Assembly (NCBI RefSeq): GCF_006345805.1
Contig: NW_021834442.1
Location: 1 to 48,333, forward strand
DNA length: 48,333 nt
Reading direction: 5' to 3'
From: Octopus sinensis
Lineage: Eukaryota
Shown here: in pieces, positions 28,471-40,925 of the stretch
Position numbering within the stretch: the first letter of the stretch is position 1
Layout: every line of letters begins with the position of its first letter
Notes under the pieces: generated by a model
Told to the model about the DNA's origin: nothing
Database searches by the model: none
Seen by the model: the letters and a program-made list of their open reading frames with translations, nothing else
Program-made: the position numbers and the translations under genes

Positions 28471-29118
28471 AATTATTTAAATTTCATATAACACCACCCA
28501 ACCGATTCCCTAACCCAACAAGAAATAACTAAAAAACAATTTAAAAACCTATCACCCAGAACATGATTTATCGAAAAATGAACAATTCAAATTTAATGCC
28601 TAAAAGTACAAACAAATGAGTCTGCAAAAGTTGGCGTCATCAGAAACAAATCCACCGGTAATCAACAAAAAAAAATGTTATAATCTAGATTAAGAACCAG
28701 GCCTTACAATTCAAACATTACAAGTGAAGCAAAAAAATTCAAACCCGGCAAATGAAGCAGAAAATGTAAGGATGAAAACGAAACTCTAACCCAAACCTGA
28801 ATCGACGATAATATTCTAGTAAAAAAATTAAAGGGAAAATAATCTTGTTCCGATTAGATAATACAATAATCTTTATGTGAACAAAATTGGATCCTAGTAG
28901 ACCAAGAACCTAAAGAGGTACATTCTTAAATCCAAAATAGCACAAAACTAGGAAGAGTATATTTAAAAGAAACAATACATAACGGAAACACAACAAAAAA
29001 AAACACAATAAAAATAACAACATTGAAAATATACACTATAATGATAGACCCAGAATATGTAGAATAAAGTAAACGCTAAAACACAACAAAAACAACCTAA
29101 AACAAATGCGGAATATTG

Positions 29119-29160
<42 letters not shown>

Positions 29161-29168
<8 letters not shown>

Positions 29169-29216
29169 TTTTTCTAGTTTCAGCTCAGAGCTGCGGCCAT
29201 GCTGATGCACCGCCGT

Positions 29217-29251
<35 letters not shown>

Positions 29252-29309
29252 ATTTTTTTTTTTTTTTCTAGTTTCAGCTCAGAGCTGCGGCCATGCTGAT
29301 GCACCGCCG

Positions 29310-29330
<21 letters not shown>
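29161..29330 (-). repeat. Two identical 42-nt poly(A)-tailed retroposon 3' tips inside (TA)n
   Basis: ctagtttcagctcagagctgcggccatgctgatgcaccgccg at 29174-29215 and 29268-29309, each preceded by poly(T) and flanked by (TA)n. Confidence 0.85.
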
Positions 29331-29345
<15 letters not shown>

Positions 29346-29613
29346 AAACAACAGCACACTACAATTAAAAATATGAATAAAATGTTAGAAATGATTTGAG
29401 AATACGAAATTCTAAAGATGGGAATCCTAATTCAAAACTCAGTGGTAAAATACTATCAAAAATTTTTTAAAATCCGTAAACCCAGTCGGCACAGATTTAA
29501 AGAAAACAGACACAAACATCATCAGGCTAAGCAAAATTATGTACTTAACAGCTATAGTAATTACAAAGAACAATAGGTACCTAACCGGATCGATTCATAC
29601 ATGAATATAAACA

Positions 29614-30020
29614 GGCGCAGGAGTGGCTGTGTGGTAAGTAGCTTGGTTCCGGGTTCCGGGTTCAGTCCCACTGCATGGCACCTTGGGCAAGTGTCTTCTA
29701 CTATAGCCTCGGGCCGACCAAAGCCTTGTGAGTGGATTTGGGAGACGGAAACTTAAAGAAGCCCGTCGTATGTATGTATATATTTATATGTATGTGTGTG
29801 TGTTTGTGTGTCTGTGTTTGTCCCCCTCCCCACATCGCTTGACAACCGACGCTGGTGTGTTTACGTCCCCGTAACTTAACGGTGCGGCAAAAGGGACTGG
29901 TAGAATAAGTACTAGGCTTACAAAGAGTAAGTCCTGGGGTCGATTTGCTTGACTAAAGGCTGTGCTCCAGCATGGCCACAGTCAAATGACTGAAACAATT
30001 AAAAGAATAAAAGAGTAATA
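29614..30020 (+). mobile_element. Full-length SINE family 1 (tRNA head, CORE-like segment, internal TA/TG microsatellite, AAAAGAG-type tail)
   Basis: A-box-like TGGCTGTGTGG, B-box GGTTCAGTCC, ACCTTGGGCAAGT, and a tail gactgaaacaattaaaagaataaaagag. Confidence 0.9.
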
Positions 30021-30229
30021 GAGTCTATTAAACTTGAGAGATAGAAAAGAGAAAATTCTCTCAATCCACAATAAAATCAATATCGAAAGGACACACTTGT
30101 AAAAAGATAGAGAGAGGGGGAGAGGGAGAGAGAGAGAGAGAGGGAGGCAGAGGGAGAGAGAGAGAGAGAGAACTACTACAGAAATCTGACTAAATATGAA
30201 ATACATGAAAGATAGAACTGAACATGACA

Positions 30230-31370
30230 TGGATTGCTGACCAGAAGGATTACTCTGGTACCCAGGAAATAATAGCTATGCGTACGTTAGCACTAATAAT
30301 AAGCAGAAACCTAGACACGTCATGGATCAACGTCAAAGAATTCTGTAGAAATGTACTGAAGAGAAAATTATAGAAGAGGACTATTCCTAGGAAACTCCTG
30401 CCAACTCCTGGTTCTAGTATTTTTCACTAACATTTTAAACAAGACCGGAATCAGATACACATGTTACAAGAGAACGATGATCTAACTTTTGTGTATGTGT
30501 GGACGACCTCGAGTTGGACACTGAAGATTATAAACAACTAGTAGTACATCTGATGAGAGAGCACGGATTTATTAAAGGCAATCTTGGTAAGAAGAAAATT
30601 GATTAAGAATACTAATAATATTCTACATAGACAAACAATAATAAAAGAATTATATCAACCATTGATATTGAGATAGTTATCAATAATCTCGACAGGTATA
30701 AGAAGAGCTAAAATTATTGGATTAATGCCTAAACCAGAGCAAATGTAAACAATTTGATGGTAGGCTAGCTGTCACAGTAATATATTATATTTATATTTTC
30801 AAACCGGTGCTAAATGAATTAGCAAACCAAGAGAGAAAAGAACAAGAAAAGTGATGACTGCATTTAGAATGTACCACAAAAAAACATGACAAGTACCATG
30901 ACTAAAGAGCAGAAGGAGTCTATGAAACCGGAAAAAAATACTATAAAAACATCCATTGTAAGATTAGAAAAATATCTGGTAAAGAATAAGGAAATCAAAA
31001 CAAAACAAATTTCAAAAAAATAAGGAACAAACAAATTCTATATTCAAGAATCCAAAACAGGATTTGAATTAACAATATGGAAGATAGCAAAGAGAAATAT
31101 GAAAAAGTGAGAGACTATAGAAACTAAGAAAAATTATGAAAAATTAAATAGGAAATGAGGCTATAGAATACTGCCATTAGAAAGAAACACAAAGCGCAGA
31201 ACATAAAGCTGAAACTGAATTATGCTTGATTACGACACAGCATCAAGACTGTCCCACTAGAAATTACCAAAAGTATGATATAAAATATAGAGTGGCTTCG
31301 ATAATTGCAGAATATATAGACATGGGGAAGAAGCATTTAACCACATAGTCTTGCATCTCCAAGAATAATG
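30230..31370 (+). mobile_element. Old degraded R4/Dong-type RT region
   Basis: Broken frames give ILNKTG, a (Y)VDDLEL-like segment (tgtggacgacctcgagttg), TRKVMTAFRMYH and a remnant of AAQDQ.L.TRNYQK. Confidence 0.55.
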
Positions 31371-31404
31371 AACTTGGAATTTAAGCTCGCAGTATCAAAC
31401 ACCA

Positions 31405-31552
31405 ACTGAGTTCAAATTCCGTTGAGTTTCACTTTGCCTTTCGTCTTGTCGGGATTCATAAGATAAAAACCAGTTGAGCACTGGGGGTGGCGTAATCGAC
31501 TTTCTTCCTCCCCCGAAATTTCTGGCCTTGTTTCAAAATCTGAGACCATTAT
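31405..31552 (+). mobile_element. SINE family 2 fragment
   Basis: gagttcaaattcc...actttgcctttc...aaatttctggccttg. Confidence 0.7.
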
Positions 31553-32430
31553 TAAGCACCACGAGAAATATGGTTAAACAGACATATTAGAGAAGGGTTC
31601 TTAACGATGTCAAATACAGAACTGCACGCTTATTATATAGAGAACTTTCAAAACAATAAATAATACAAAACTAAAACCTATCCAAGACATATGGAACTGC
31701 TGTTGACAGAGCAGTGAAAGTATTCCGAAAAATAATGCAAACGAAAAGTACTAATGATAATAAAATCGGCGAATTTTGCTTGGCTGGTTTTAAAAAATAT
31801 CCAATAACACCGATTAAAACACATTCGTACAATATAACGAAAGTATTGAAGAATAAGTAGGAAAGTAATACTTGTAAACATCATTGATCTGTTCCTCATA
31901 AGTTTAATATATTATAAATGTTCACTTTGGTCGGGATTTGACAGCACATGTACACATACTGGTTCATATGCAATACAGAACCACACTTAAAGCAGTTTAT
32001 CATTCAGCCCAAGGTTATTACTATTGATGCATAAAAATATGAAAAATGGTGCGTGCAAAACTGGGCATCACTAGAAAGCAGGAAATACAAGAATAAACAT
32101 CCTACATATGCATTTTACAGTTACGTCCAGCCCTCAGAACTGAAGTAACAACATTCCTCAATAGTTTATAGAATGAAATGAAAATATCACTTACGTAAAC
32201 AAAACATATAGTTGGGCCCCAATAGAGTAGCTTACAATTAGAACCGCTAATGGCAGATTTGATGAGGGTGATTAGAATTGTGTCCCGCATGTGCGACTCA
32301 ATTGAAATGGAAAGACACAAAACTTCATCCACAACATGCAGTTCTCTGGCTACAGCCAAAGGGACAAAATTAGAATCTACAAAGGTGTCAGAGCTAAGTA
32401 CAAGGCCACACACACACACATATATATATA

Positions 32431-32477
32431 ATTGAATTTTTCCTGTAAGTTTGGAATAATATTCCCTATTATTATTT

Positions 32478-32531
<54 letters not shown>

Positions 32532-32670
32532 TATATATATATAATAATAATAATAGGGAATATTATTCCAAACTTACAGGGAAAAATTAAATTTAGTAAT
32601 ACTAAATCAAATTTCACAAATATAATATATGTATATAAATTAGAGAAGAACCACCAAGTAGTAATTCAAC
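32431..32670. mobile_element. Short element terminus with about 45-bp inverted arms around (TA)n (Penelope-like geometry)
   Basis: gaatttttcctgtaagtttggaataatattccctattattatt (32434-32476) vs aataataatagggaatattattccaaacttacagggaaaaatt (about 32546-32588); the right copy continues to about 32670. The Penelope link is inference. Confidence 0.55.
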
Positions 32671-32712
32671 AATATATATATATGTATGTATGTGTGTATG
32701 TATGTATATATG

Positions 32713-32816
<104 letters not shown>

Positions 32817-34014
32817 AGAGAAAGAAGGGATTTCTTTTCAATTTGATTAATTGAAATTTCATTACAAAGCATTTTTCTTTTTTTGTTTCTCCTTTCTTTT
32901 TTCTTCTTATCGTATACCTATTAACGTATTTGTAAATAAACACGTTTTCTGACAAGGGTTGGTGACCTTTCAAAGATGTCAATTTTAGGAAGTAGGAATA
33001 AATAAGAAAAGAGGGAGGGTGCGGTCATCATTGAAAAATAAAAAAGATTTCAAAGTTCAAATTCCTATGAAAATTTATATTTACATTTGTATAGTCAAGT
33101 CCCATATTCTGTGTAATTCCATGTTTTGCATGAACAGACATTAGATATCAGTACAATATTCATAAATTAGAAAATAAAGTCAGAATATAAAAAAATAATT
33201 TTTCACTGTTTATAATTCAGTCTATTCTCTATATTACATTTAATCAAACATCATAAATGAGTTTTGTATGGATATTGTATATTTATCTGGAAGCCACTCT
33301 GTAGTCCTCTAGTATTGCTCATTTGTCTGTTTATGTCGAACACTTGTTGTCGCGCATAAGACGGACTGAGCTATCAAGAAAGTCCATTATGAATATTTTC
33401 CACTCCTTCATTTGCTTAAGAGGAAGAGGCAGTGTTTACCTGTCTGTGGGTTTTTGTAAAAGAGGTGATGTGGTGGACCAGACTAAAAGGGATGAAAATT
33501 CATAATTTCCTCTTCAGCCATGCTCTCATCAACTTTTTCAAATCTTGCTTGAAAAGAAAAGTGAAGGTGAAGCGATAAATGCTGCCTTGAGGCAAAGTTG
33601 TTGAAAGGTGGATGATAATAGCAGCGATTGCCCTATTAAACAGGCTTGCGCACGTGCCTGTAGATTAGGAAAGACGAATAGGGAGAGGGAGCTTCTCCTT
33701 GCAGTCAGGGTGACTGTGCTGTTACCACGAGCAGCCTTCCATTGTCTTCCCGCCTTTCGGGGAATTATGTCATGTTTGAAGTTTTGTTTACATGGTGTTA
33801 TATAACTCCACATCGTATAGTATCGCCATCTACTCTCCTCGAGGTTTCGTAAATTTTTAGTTAATAAAGAAAACACTATCATCATCATCATTATTTCTCT
33901 TCTTTCTTCTCCCAAGTTATCTATATCACGTCTCAGCTCCATAGCGTAGCTTAGAGAAGCAACACTTTCCTCAAAACGTGCTGTTCCAAGTATTAATATC
34001 AACTAAAAACTTTC

Positions 34015-34193
34015 TATTTGCATCTAACTTTCTGTCAGTTTGAATGGTGAAGTTCTAGAGTAGTGAGATGTGATCATTTTCAAGCAATGGAAGTGGTTTG
34101 TGTTCCCACCAGTTTTTATCATGGGTCAAGTCCAGGTTTTTGCAAATTACCCAGTGAATATATTGTGCAGCTCTATTATGACTGTTGAGATAC

Positions 34194-34194
<1 letters not shown>
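34015..34194 (-). mobile_element. R4/Dong-type fragment (distinct subfamily) directly after the TAA tail of the full-length copy
   Basis: Minus frame YLNSHNRAAQYIHWVICKNLDLTHDKNWWEHKPLPLLENDHISLL*NFTIQTDRKLDANR, i.e. the region between the CCHC knuckle and the RLE domain. Confidence 0.8.
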
Positions 34195-34224
<30 letters not shown>

Positions 34225-34225
<1 letters not shown>

Positions 34226-37200
34226 TTCTTTTTTCTTCTTTCAAATTTTCTTCCATTTCTTGCCGAGTGTCTTCCCGACTCCTAGGGCAAAGAAACTCAT
34301 AGTGTATATTGGTAGGCCATTAAACCAAACTCAGTAGTTCGTTCATTTTTTTTTTTTTTTTTTTTTAGTTAATTAAAATGCATGAGCAGCAACAGTTCTC
34401 ACATCGACAATGCTCTCTTCAATACGTGTGATGTACCAGTTAAGACAATCTTTTGCACTTCTTGCAGGGATGGTAAGCCAGGGATCATTCTCATATAATT
34501 TTCGGTTCCCTTCTTGATCATTCCTAGTGCTCCTACGATCACTGGTATTGTAACCGCCTTGAGATGCCACATTTTCTCAATTTCAATGAGTAGGTCTTTA
34601 TATTTTCTGAGCTTGTCAAACTCTTTCGCTGAGATATTATGATCACAGGGGATGCTCATGTCGATCAATAAGCAAACTTTATTGTTTTGGTCTTTCACAA
34701 CAATATCTGGTTTATTGGCCTTGATGGTTCGGTCTGTATGTACTGGAAAGTCCCACAGAATGGTTACATTTTCTCCTTCAGTTACAGCCTCAGGGTGGTG
34801 ATTATACCACTTGTCGGCAGTTTTGATATTGTAATGCCGACTTATTAGCCAGTGGAGCTATTGGCCAACTCTGTCATGTCTTAATTTATACTCCACTGGT
34901 GCTAAGACTTTACATCCAGAGATTAGGTGGTCCACTGTTTCAATCATGTCGTTGCAGAATCGGCATTTTGGGTCTGCTCCATTTTTCATCACATTGGCCT
35001 GGTAGTTCCGGGTTGATAGGCTTTGGTCTTGAGCAGCCAGGATGAAACCTTCGCTCTCTGCTTTTAGCCCTGAGCTCCGCAGCCACTGATGGGTTTGCTT
35101 CTGGTCAACATCAGCTTGTTTGCTGCGGGTCACATATTTGCCGTGCAGAGGTTTCTCCTCCCACCTATCAGCCAATTGCTCGTGCGCTTTTTTCATTGCC
35201 ATCATTTTCACCTTCTTTGCACAATAGTTGCCGTACTTCCCTCGGGTTGTTCAGTTTGGGTATCCTGCACGAGATCAATAGCAATTTTTTGCTTTCCTTG
35301 ATGATAGAATGAAGCTTCTTTCGTCTCTCGTGATTTTCCACGAGCTTTAGCATCCAGTCATTCGATTTTTCGAGATATTGGCCAGTCCAATTGTGGTTGT
35401 TTTGTAAGCTAGTTCAAATGGGATCAGGCCTCGACCTCCTTGGGCTCGGAAGGTAAAGGCGATCTACGTCTGCCTTTGGTGGTGCATCCTATTACAACTC
35501 AGCAGCTTGCGTATTTTTCTATCTATATTCTTACTTCACTCATATTCCAGTTCAACACATTGTAGCTATAAGTAACAACTGGAACTGCTAGGGAATTTAT
35601 AGCTAACACCTTGTTACGTGCATTTAGTTCAGATTTCAGGACTGCACGAACTCTCCTATAACATTCCTTCCTAATTTTCTCTTTCATGTTGCATGCTGAA
35701 TACCAGAACCTTCATTATCCCTAAATATTTGTATTTTTGTTCTTGCTCAAGCTCTCTTATGACTGTGTCAACATCTAACACGACTGAATTTGTGGTCTTC
35801 ACTTTCCCTTTCTGGAAAGTGGCCTTGGCACACTTCTCAAGTCCAAACTCCATCCCGATGTCATCGCTGAATGATTTCACGGTGCGCAATAGGCCTTCAA
35901 GTTCATTATTGTCTTTACATAAAGTTTTAAGTCATCCATATAAAATAGATGGCTATTTTTTTATTGGCAATTTTATACCCATACCTTGTTCTGTTTAATT
36001 CACTTGTAAGGGGTATTAGGGCTATGCAGAATATTAAAGGTGAAAGTGAGTCACCTTGAAAAATTCCACAGTTGATGTTTATATTTTCTGAGGCAAGTAC
36101 TCCATTAGAGTGGTATAATTGGAGATTCGTATTCCACAACGACATATTGTGCTTCAGGAAGTTTGAAATCACAGGGGAAATTTTGAAGATGTCCAGCGAT
36201 CTCAAGATCCATGGATGTGGTATACTGTCGAAGGCCTTTTTATAGTCAATCCATGCGGTGCTGAGATTTCTGCGCTTGTTGTGACAGTTCTCAAGGATCA
36301 TACGATTGATTAGCAGTTGATCTTTGCATCCGTAAAAGCCTCGGCGGCACCCTTTTTGTTCAATGGGGAAAATATCGTTCTTCTCCATGAATGCATATGT
36401 TTTCTCCGCCAGGATAGATGTTAGGATTTTATACGTGGTGGATAGACAGGTTATAGGCCGATAGTTTTTTGGAAGGTTGGTTTCGTTATTCTTTGGGAGT
36501 AGGTAAGTAATGCCACTTGCTAACCATTCAGGTGTTTTCTTTGGGTCTCTCATAATTCCATTGAGCAGCTGAACTAGCTTACCGTGTGCGCACGGGAGCG
36601 ATGCGAGCCAGAAATTCGGCACCCTATCTTTACCGGGGGATTTCCAATTATGGGCCTTCGTGAGTGCCTTTCTTAGGTCTGCTATTGTGATGTCTTCCCA
36701 TGCTTGTTGTTGTAAATTTTGGTAGGATCCTTCAGTTTGTATAATCCAGTCTGCATTTATGTTGTACGTCTTCTTGTCACTCCAAATCCTTTTCCAAAAG
36801 TTTTGAACTTCTTCCATGGGAGGGGGGACTTTAACGGTTACTTTCTCCTTCCCTATTTCTCTGTAGAATTTTTTGGCATTGGATGTGAACAGCTTATTTT
36901 GCTTGTAAAACTTGTTTCTCTTCTCAAATCTTCGTATTCTTGGGCTTTTGCTTGGACTTTTTGTTTCAGCGTTTCTTTTATTGATATCAGTTCTTCTCTT
37001 GGTGAGGATCCAAATTTTCTCTTCATCTTTCTTCCTGTTCTGGATCTTACATCATTTCCACATATTAGTTCATTTAATATTGATATTTCCCCTATCATAA
37101 ATTCAATCTCTTTTTCAATTTTACTTCTCCAGGTTTGATTTCTTCCCAGGTTTTGTTTTCTTTGTTTTTTCGGGGGCATACAGCTGGTTTCAATTGCCCT

Positions 37201-38146
37201 AGCAGAAGCGTAAATAATTTCATTTAACTCAGTAAAATCAGGTTTTAATTCTCGTATTATTTCATTTGTTACATAGTTGCCAATTTGGATTTGTTTTTTA
37301 TTTTGGTTTGTATTTGAGAGTTTATGAAGCGGTTCTCTATCATTCATACTTGTATGTCTTACAACTTCAAGCGTATTCAGGATTTTCTGCCTCATTTCTG
37401 CTATAGACTCTCTGTGTTCTTCAGCAAATGCGAGATCTTCAGTTACTGTTGTTTTTTCGTTTTCCTGGCTATCTTTAACAGGTACAATAGAATTTCTTGT
37501 ATCTTCAGGCCTTTGCGTACTTTGGTCAGATGGCAGTCTTTCAATTAAGCCTCGTGGCGGGCTATACTGTTCATATGATTCTTCATTTCCTTTGTGTCTT
37601 ATATTTATGTCATTTTCCGTTGCGTGCTTGATCGCGCTTATTTCACTGTCTGTGAGTCTGTTATTTCTAAAGATATCCCTCCTCACATTTGCTAATTTGT
37701 TCTCGTCCAAATAGGGCCTACTGTCTTGATTCCGTGTTCTCCATATACTGTAAGAGTTTGCGGTGTGTCTCTCTTGAGATGGTCTACCTAATGCATAGTA
37801 ATAAGCGTATATTACTTCTTTATACTCTTCTCGGGTCCATTTGTTCCGCTTACATTTTTCTTTCTGTGGTGGTTGTGGTGGTGAACTTGGAGGGCTCGAG
37901 TTGGGGGATTTCCCGTTCAAGTGACCATCCATGTCCGTATTCGGAGAAGAGTTTGTGCCAGTTGATGACTTTTCGATCCCAGGCTGGCTCTTCCCTGGGG
38001 GACGCGCTTCCAGATTAACCATAGGACAAGCGATTTGGTATACTGATTTAGTTTTCCTTTTAGTTTCCAGAAACATTTTGGTGCTACGATAATGTTATCA
38101 TTTTTTTAGCTTTGATTGGCTCGTGGGGAGACGGCCATCATTGCCG
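34225..38146 (-). mobile_element. Full-length R4/Dong-clade non-LTR retrotransposon in a (TAA)n tract
   Basis: About 70-nt 5' leader, one long interrupted ORF, about 175-nt 3' UTR; (TAA)n abuts both ends (38147-38292 and about 34195-34224). Confidence 0.92.
34399..38076 (-). pseudogene. R4/Dong polyprotein (N-terminal Myb-like segment, RT, CCHC knuckle, PD-(D/E)xK endonuclease), about 1230 codons when repaired; about 11 frameshifts and one TAG as assembled
   Basis: RNKWTREEYKEVIYAY; KSPGKD; NYRPITCL; EQKGCRRG; WIDYKKAFDS; GIFQGDSLSP; HLFYMDDLK after a shift; GMEFGLEKC; CRFCNDMIETVDHLISGC; KPDIVV...LIDMSIPCD...KEFDKLRKY; LTGTSHVLKRALSM*. Confidence 0.93.
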
Positions 38147-38150
38147 TTAC

Positions 38151-38209
<59 letters not shown>

Positions 38210-38213
38210 TTTA

Positions 38214-38292
<79 letters not shown>
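38147..38292. repeat. (TTA)n/(TAA)n microsatellite between two Dong-type elements
   Basis: Direct. Confidence 0.95.
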
Positions 38293-38293
<1 letters not shown>

Positions 38294-38515
38294 CTTGGTT
38301 TGGCTGAGATTCGGTCTTATTCCTTGTAGGATTTATGAGGGTAGCGGGTTTCAACAGTCTTTCAACTGCCTAGAACCCTCCTGGTAATCCTTGCTGTCGC
38401 TAAGAGACAAACTTTCTGTTGGAGCTCTACCGGGTATTCTATTCCAATCCCCTTCATTTGTCTATATCTTTGCTTTCTGTTCACAACACATCTTCCAAAT
38501 TCTTCCTATTTCAAA
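38293..38515 (-). mobile_element. R4/Dong-type 3' end (another subfamily) with TAA tail
   Basis: Minus frames give FEIGRIWKM and MKGIGIEYPVELQQKVCLLATARITRRVLGS*, followed by a short UTR and (TAA)n. Confidence 0.75.
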
Positions 38516-38559
38516 TTATTATGTTTCTTAGACGGTGAGTAGGTGTGGTCACCGTTTGT

Positions 38560-39522
38560 CCAACGTGATTTCCCACAGCCCGTCTCTTTGACTGAGCTGC
38601 AGTCCTGGATCAAGCGTAGACCAAGGCAGTGCGCCTGGCACCGAGAGTGTCGTTAGGTGCTCACACTCCTCTGCCGGTCAGGGAATTTGTCGGTGGGAGT
38701 TTCACTATGGCTTTCTATAGTGAGTTAGTGGCAGGTAAATGCGAAGAAATTTCTCGTTGGGACCCTGGGTATCGACGACAATAAATTGGCTGGTTTGTTC
38801 CGGAGATCTTTCCGGTCGGGGCCTATAGATAATTCCCAGAAATCCTTGGCCTGACAGTGCTACTGCGGGTCACTGCTTGTTTGGGATGATCTCTACAAGC
38901 ACGAGAGTGTAGCAAACCAGGCTTGATCGAGATGCATGCAAAGTGACGAAACCGTTCTGCACGCTCTCGTCTAGTACCTGAGTAATTGTGACTTGCAGGT
39001 ATATGTCGAATAACTGCTGTCGCGTGTGGGATGGATCGAGCTATCGGCTGAGTCCATTGTAAAGATAGTCCTGCCACCTTCCTTTGGCTGGGAAGGACAG
39101 ATTGTTTTTCTTTGCCTGATAGCCTTAGCGAAAGAGGTTGTGTGGTGGACCAGATGGAATGAGCTGAAGACAGACAATTTCCTCTTTAGCCAAACCTGCA
39201 TCGACGTTTTCAAATTTCACTTGAAAAGGAAAGTGAGGCTGGAGAGGGAACTTTTGTCCCCCAGCAATTTTGTTAAAAGGTGGGTGAATGTCACAAGTAT
39301 GGACCGAGTGAAGGGACCTACCGTAAGCATGCGCCTGTAGACAAAGTATAAAGGGTGTTTGCTCTGGTGATCAAGACTGTCGTTGACTTAAGGGGTTTCC
39401 CGTACAGTCCTTGAAGATCTTTTTCTTTTGGGGAATTTTGTTGTTATAATCGATTGATTTTCATTGCTTATACGACTTTCATGTTACCCAGCATTCTATT
39501 TGTCCTGTATTTGCGGTTAATA

Positions 39523-39527
<5 letters not shown>
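38560..39527 (+). mobile_element. Tx1/L1-clade LINE 3' fragment (zf-RVT region) with (ATT)n tail
   Basis: SQKSLA*QCYCGSL, RCMQSDETVLHALV (degenerate CCHC), AKEVVWWTR, FKFHLKRKVRLERELL; 3' UTR ends aataaggaa followed by (ATT)n. Confidence 0.8.
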
Positions 39528-39581
<54 letters not shown>

Positions 39582-39584
39582 TTA

Positions 39585-39634
<50 letters not shown>

Positions 39635-39965
39635 TATTATTATCTTTGTAGTTTTATAATGATCTTTCCTTATAGCTAATACTGCAATGATTATTCTTAT
39701 TTTGATCGTGTCAATTTGAAATAATCTGAGTGTCTGTTATGTCTATGTCTATGTTTAGTACTTCCTCAGCAGAATCAACTCTCCAGGAATAATAATAATA
39801 ATATAATAATAATAAAATAATAATATATAATATAATAATAATAATAATAATAATAATAAAATAATAAAAATATATTATAATAAAAAAAAATAATAATAAT
39901 AATATATAATAATAATAAAATATAAATAATAATAATATAATAATAATAATAATAATAATAAAAAA

Positions 39966-39997
<32 letters not shown>

Positions 39998-40057
39998 AAT
40001 AATAATAATAATAATAATATAATAATAATAATTAATTATTATTATATTATTATTATT
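39528..40057. repeat. Mixed (ATT)n, (AAT)n and (GAT)n microsatellite block with orientation switches
   Basis: Direct; about 140 nt of unique sequence at 39650-39790. Confidence 0.9.
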
Positions 40058-40756
40058 ACCAAAAACATGTAATGAAAAGAAATATTACAAGTAACTGCAG
40101 AATATGTGGAGATGGACAAGAAACAATAAATCATATTATCTCTAGCTGCCCAGTCCTGGCTAAGAAGGAATATATTCACAGACATGACAGAGTTGGAACC
40201 TACATACACTGGAAGCTATGCCAACATTATGGAATAACAACAGAAAAAAATGGTATAGGCACACACCAGAAAAGGTCAAGAAAACGAGAAAGCAACCATA
40301 CTCTGGGATATGCCGATACACACAGATAGAGAAATTAAGGCCAACAGACCAGATATAGTTGTCAGAGATCATGAAGGAAAAAATGCTTTCTAATTGATGT
40401 TCAATACCGGCAGATGACAACGTGTCTCTAAAAGAAATGGAGAAACTCTCAAAATACAAAGACCTGGAAATAGAGGTAACTAGAATGTGGAATCTGAAAA
40501 CAGAAACAATTCCTATCATAGTAGGTGCATTAGGCATGATAAAAAAATATTCAGACAAATACATAACAAAAACACCAGGACTTAGAACAAACATATAACA
40601 TACAGAAAATTGCACTACTAGGCACTGCACACATCCTACGCAGAACACTTTCCATACAATAACCATCAGAGCATCACAACAAATCACAGCACATACCCAA
40701 GGCACACAGAGCTGCGCTCGGTAGTGAAGTGAAAGCACGCTATAAAAATAAAACTA

Positions 40757-40760
<4 letters not shown>
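40058..40760 (+). mobile_element. 5'-truncated R4/Dong-type copy (CCHC plus RLE) with (AAT)n tail
   Basis: CRICGDGQETINHIISSC, RHDRVGTYIHW, RPDIVVRD, KYKDLEIEVTRMW, IPIIVGALG, LLGTAHILRRTLSIQ*; several 1-nt indels. Confidence 0.92.
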
Positions 40761-40838
<78 letters not shown>

Positions 40839-40841
40839 CTA

Positions 40842-40877
<36 letters not shown>

Positions 40878-40925
40878 TAATAATATAATAATTATTATTA
40901 TATTATATTATTATTATTATTATAA

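Noticed and set aside
33538-34002. 154-aa minus-strand ORF and a nearby LPQGSI (RT-like) motif in another frame
   Set aside because: No coherent domain and no splice signals; at best a very old LINE remnant, too weak to call.
38077-38146. Possible HDV-like ribozyme in the 5' leader of the full-length Dong element
   Set aside because: Only simple alternative hairpins were found (ACGGC/GCCGU; GAUGGC-CGU-CUCCCC-ACG-AGCCAAUC). I could not assemble the nested double pseudoknot or a canonical L3 and J4/2. An Infernal or RNAMotif HDV search would be decisive.
35693-40738. Longer ORFs antisense to LINE fragments (e.g. 35693-35998, 36719-37138, 40160-40738)
   Set aside because: Shadow frames opposite retrotransposon coding sequence.
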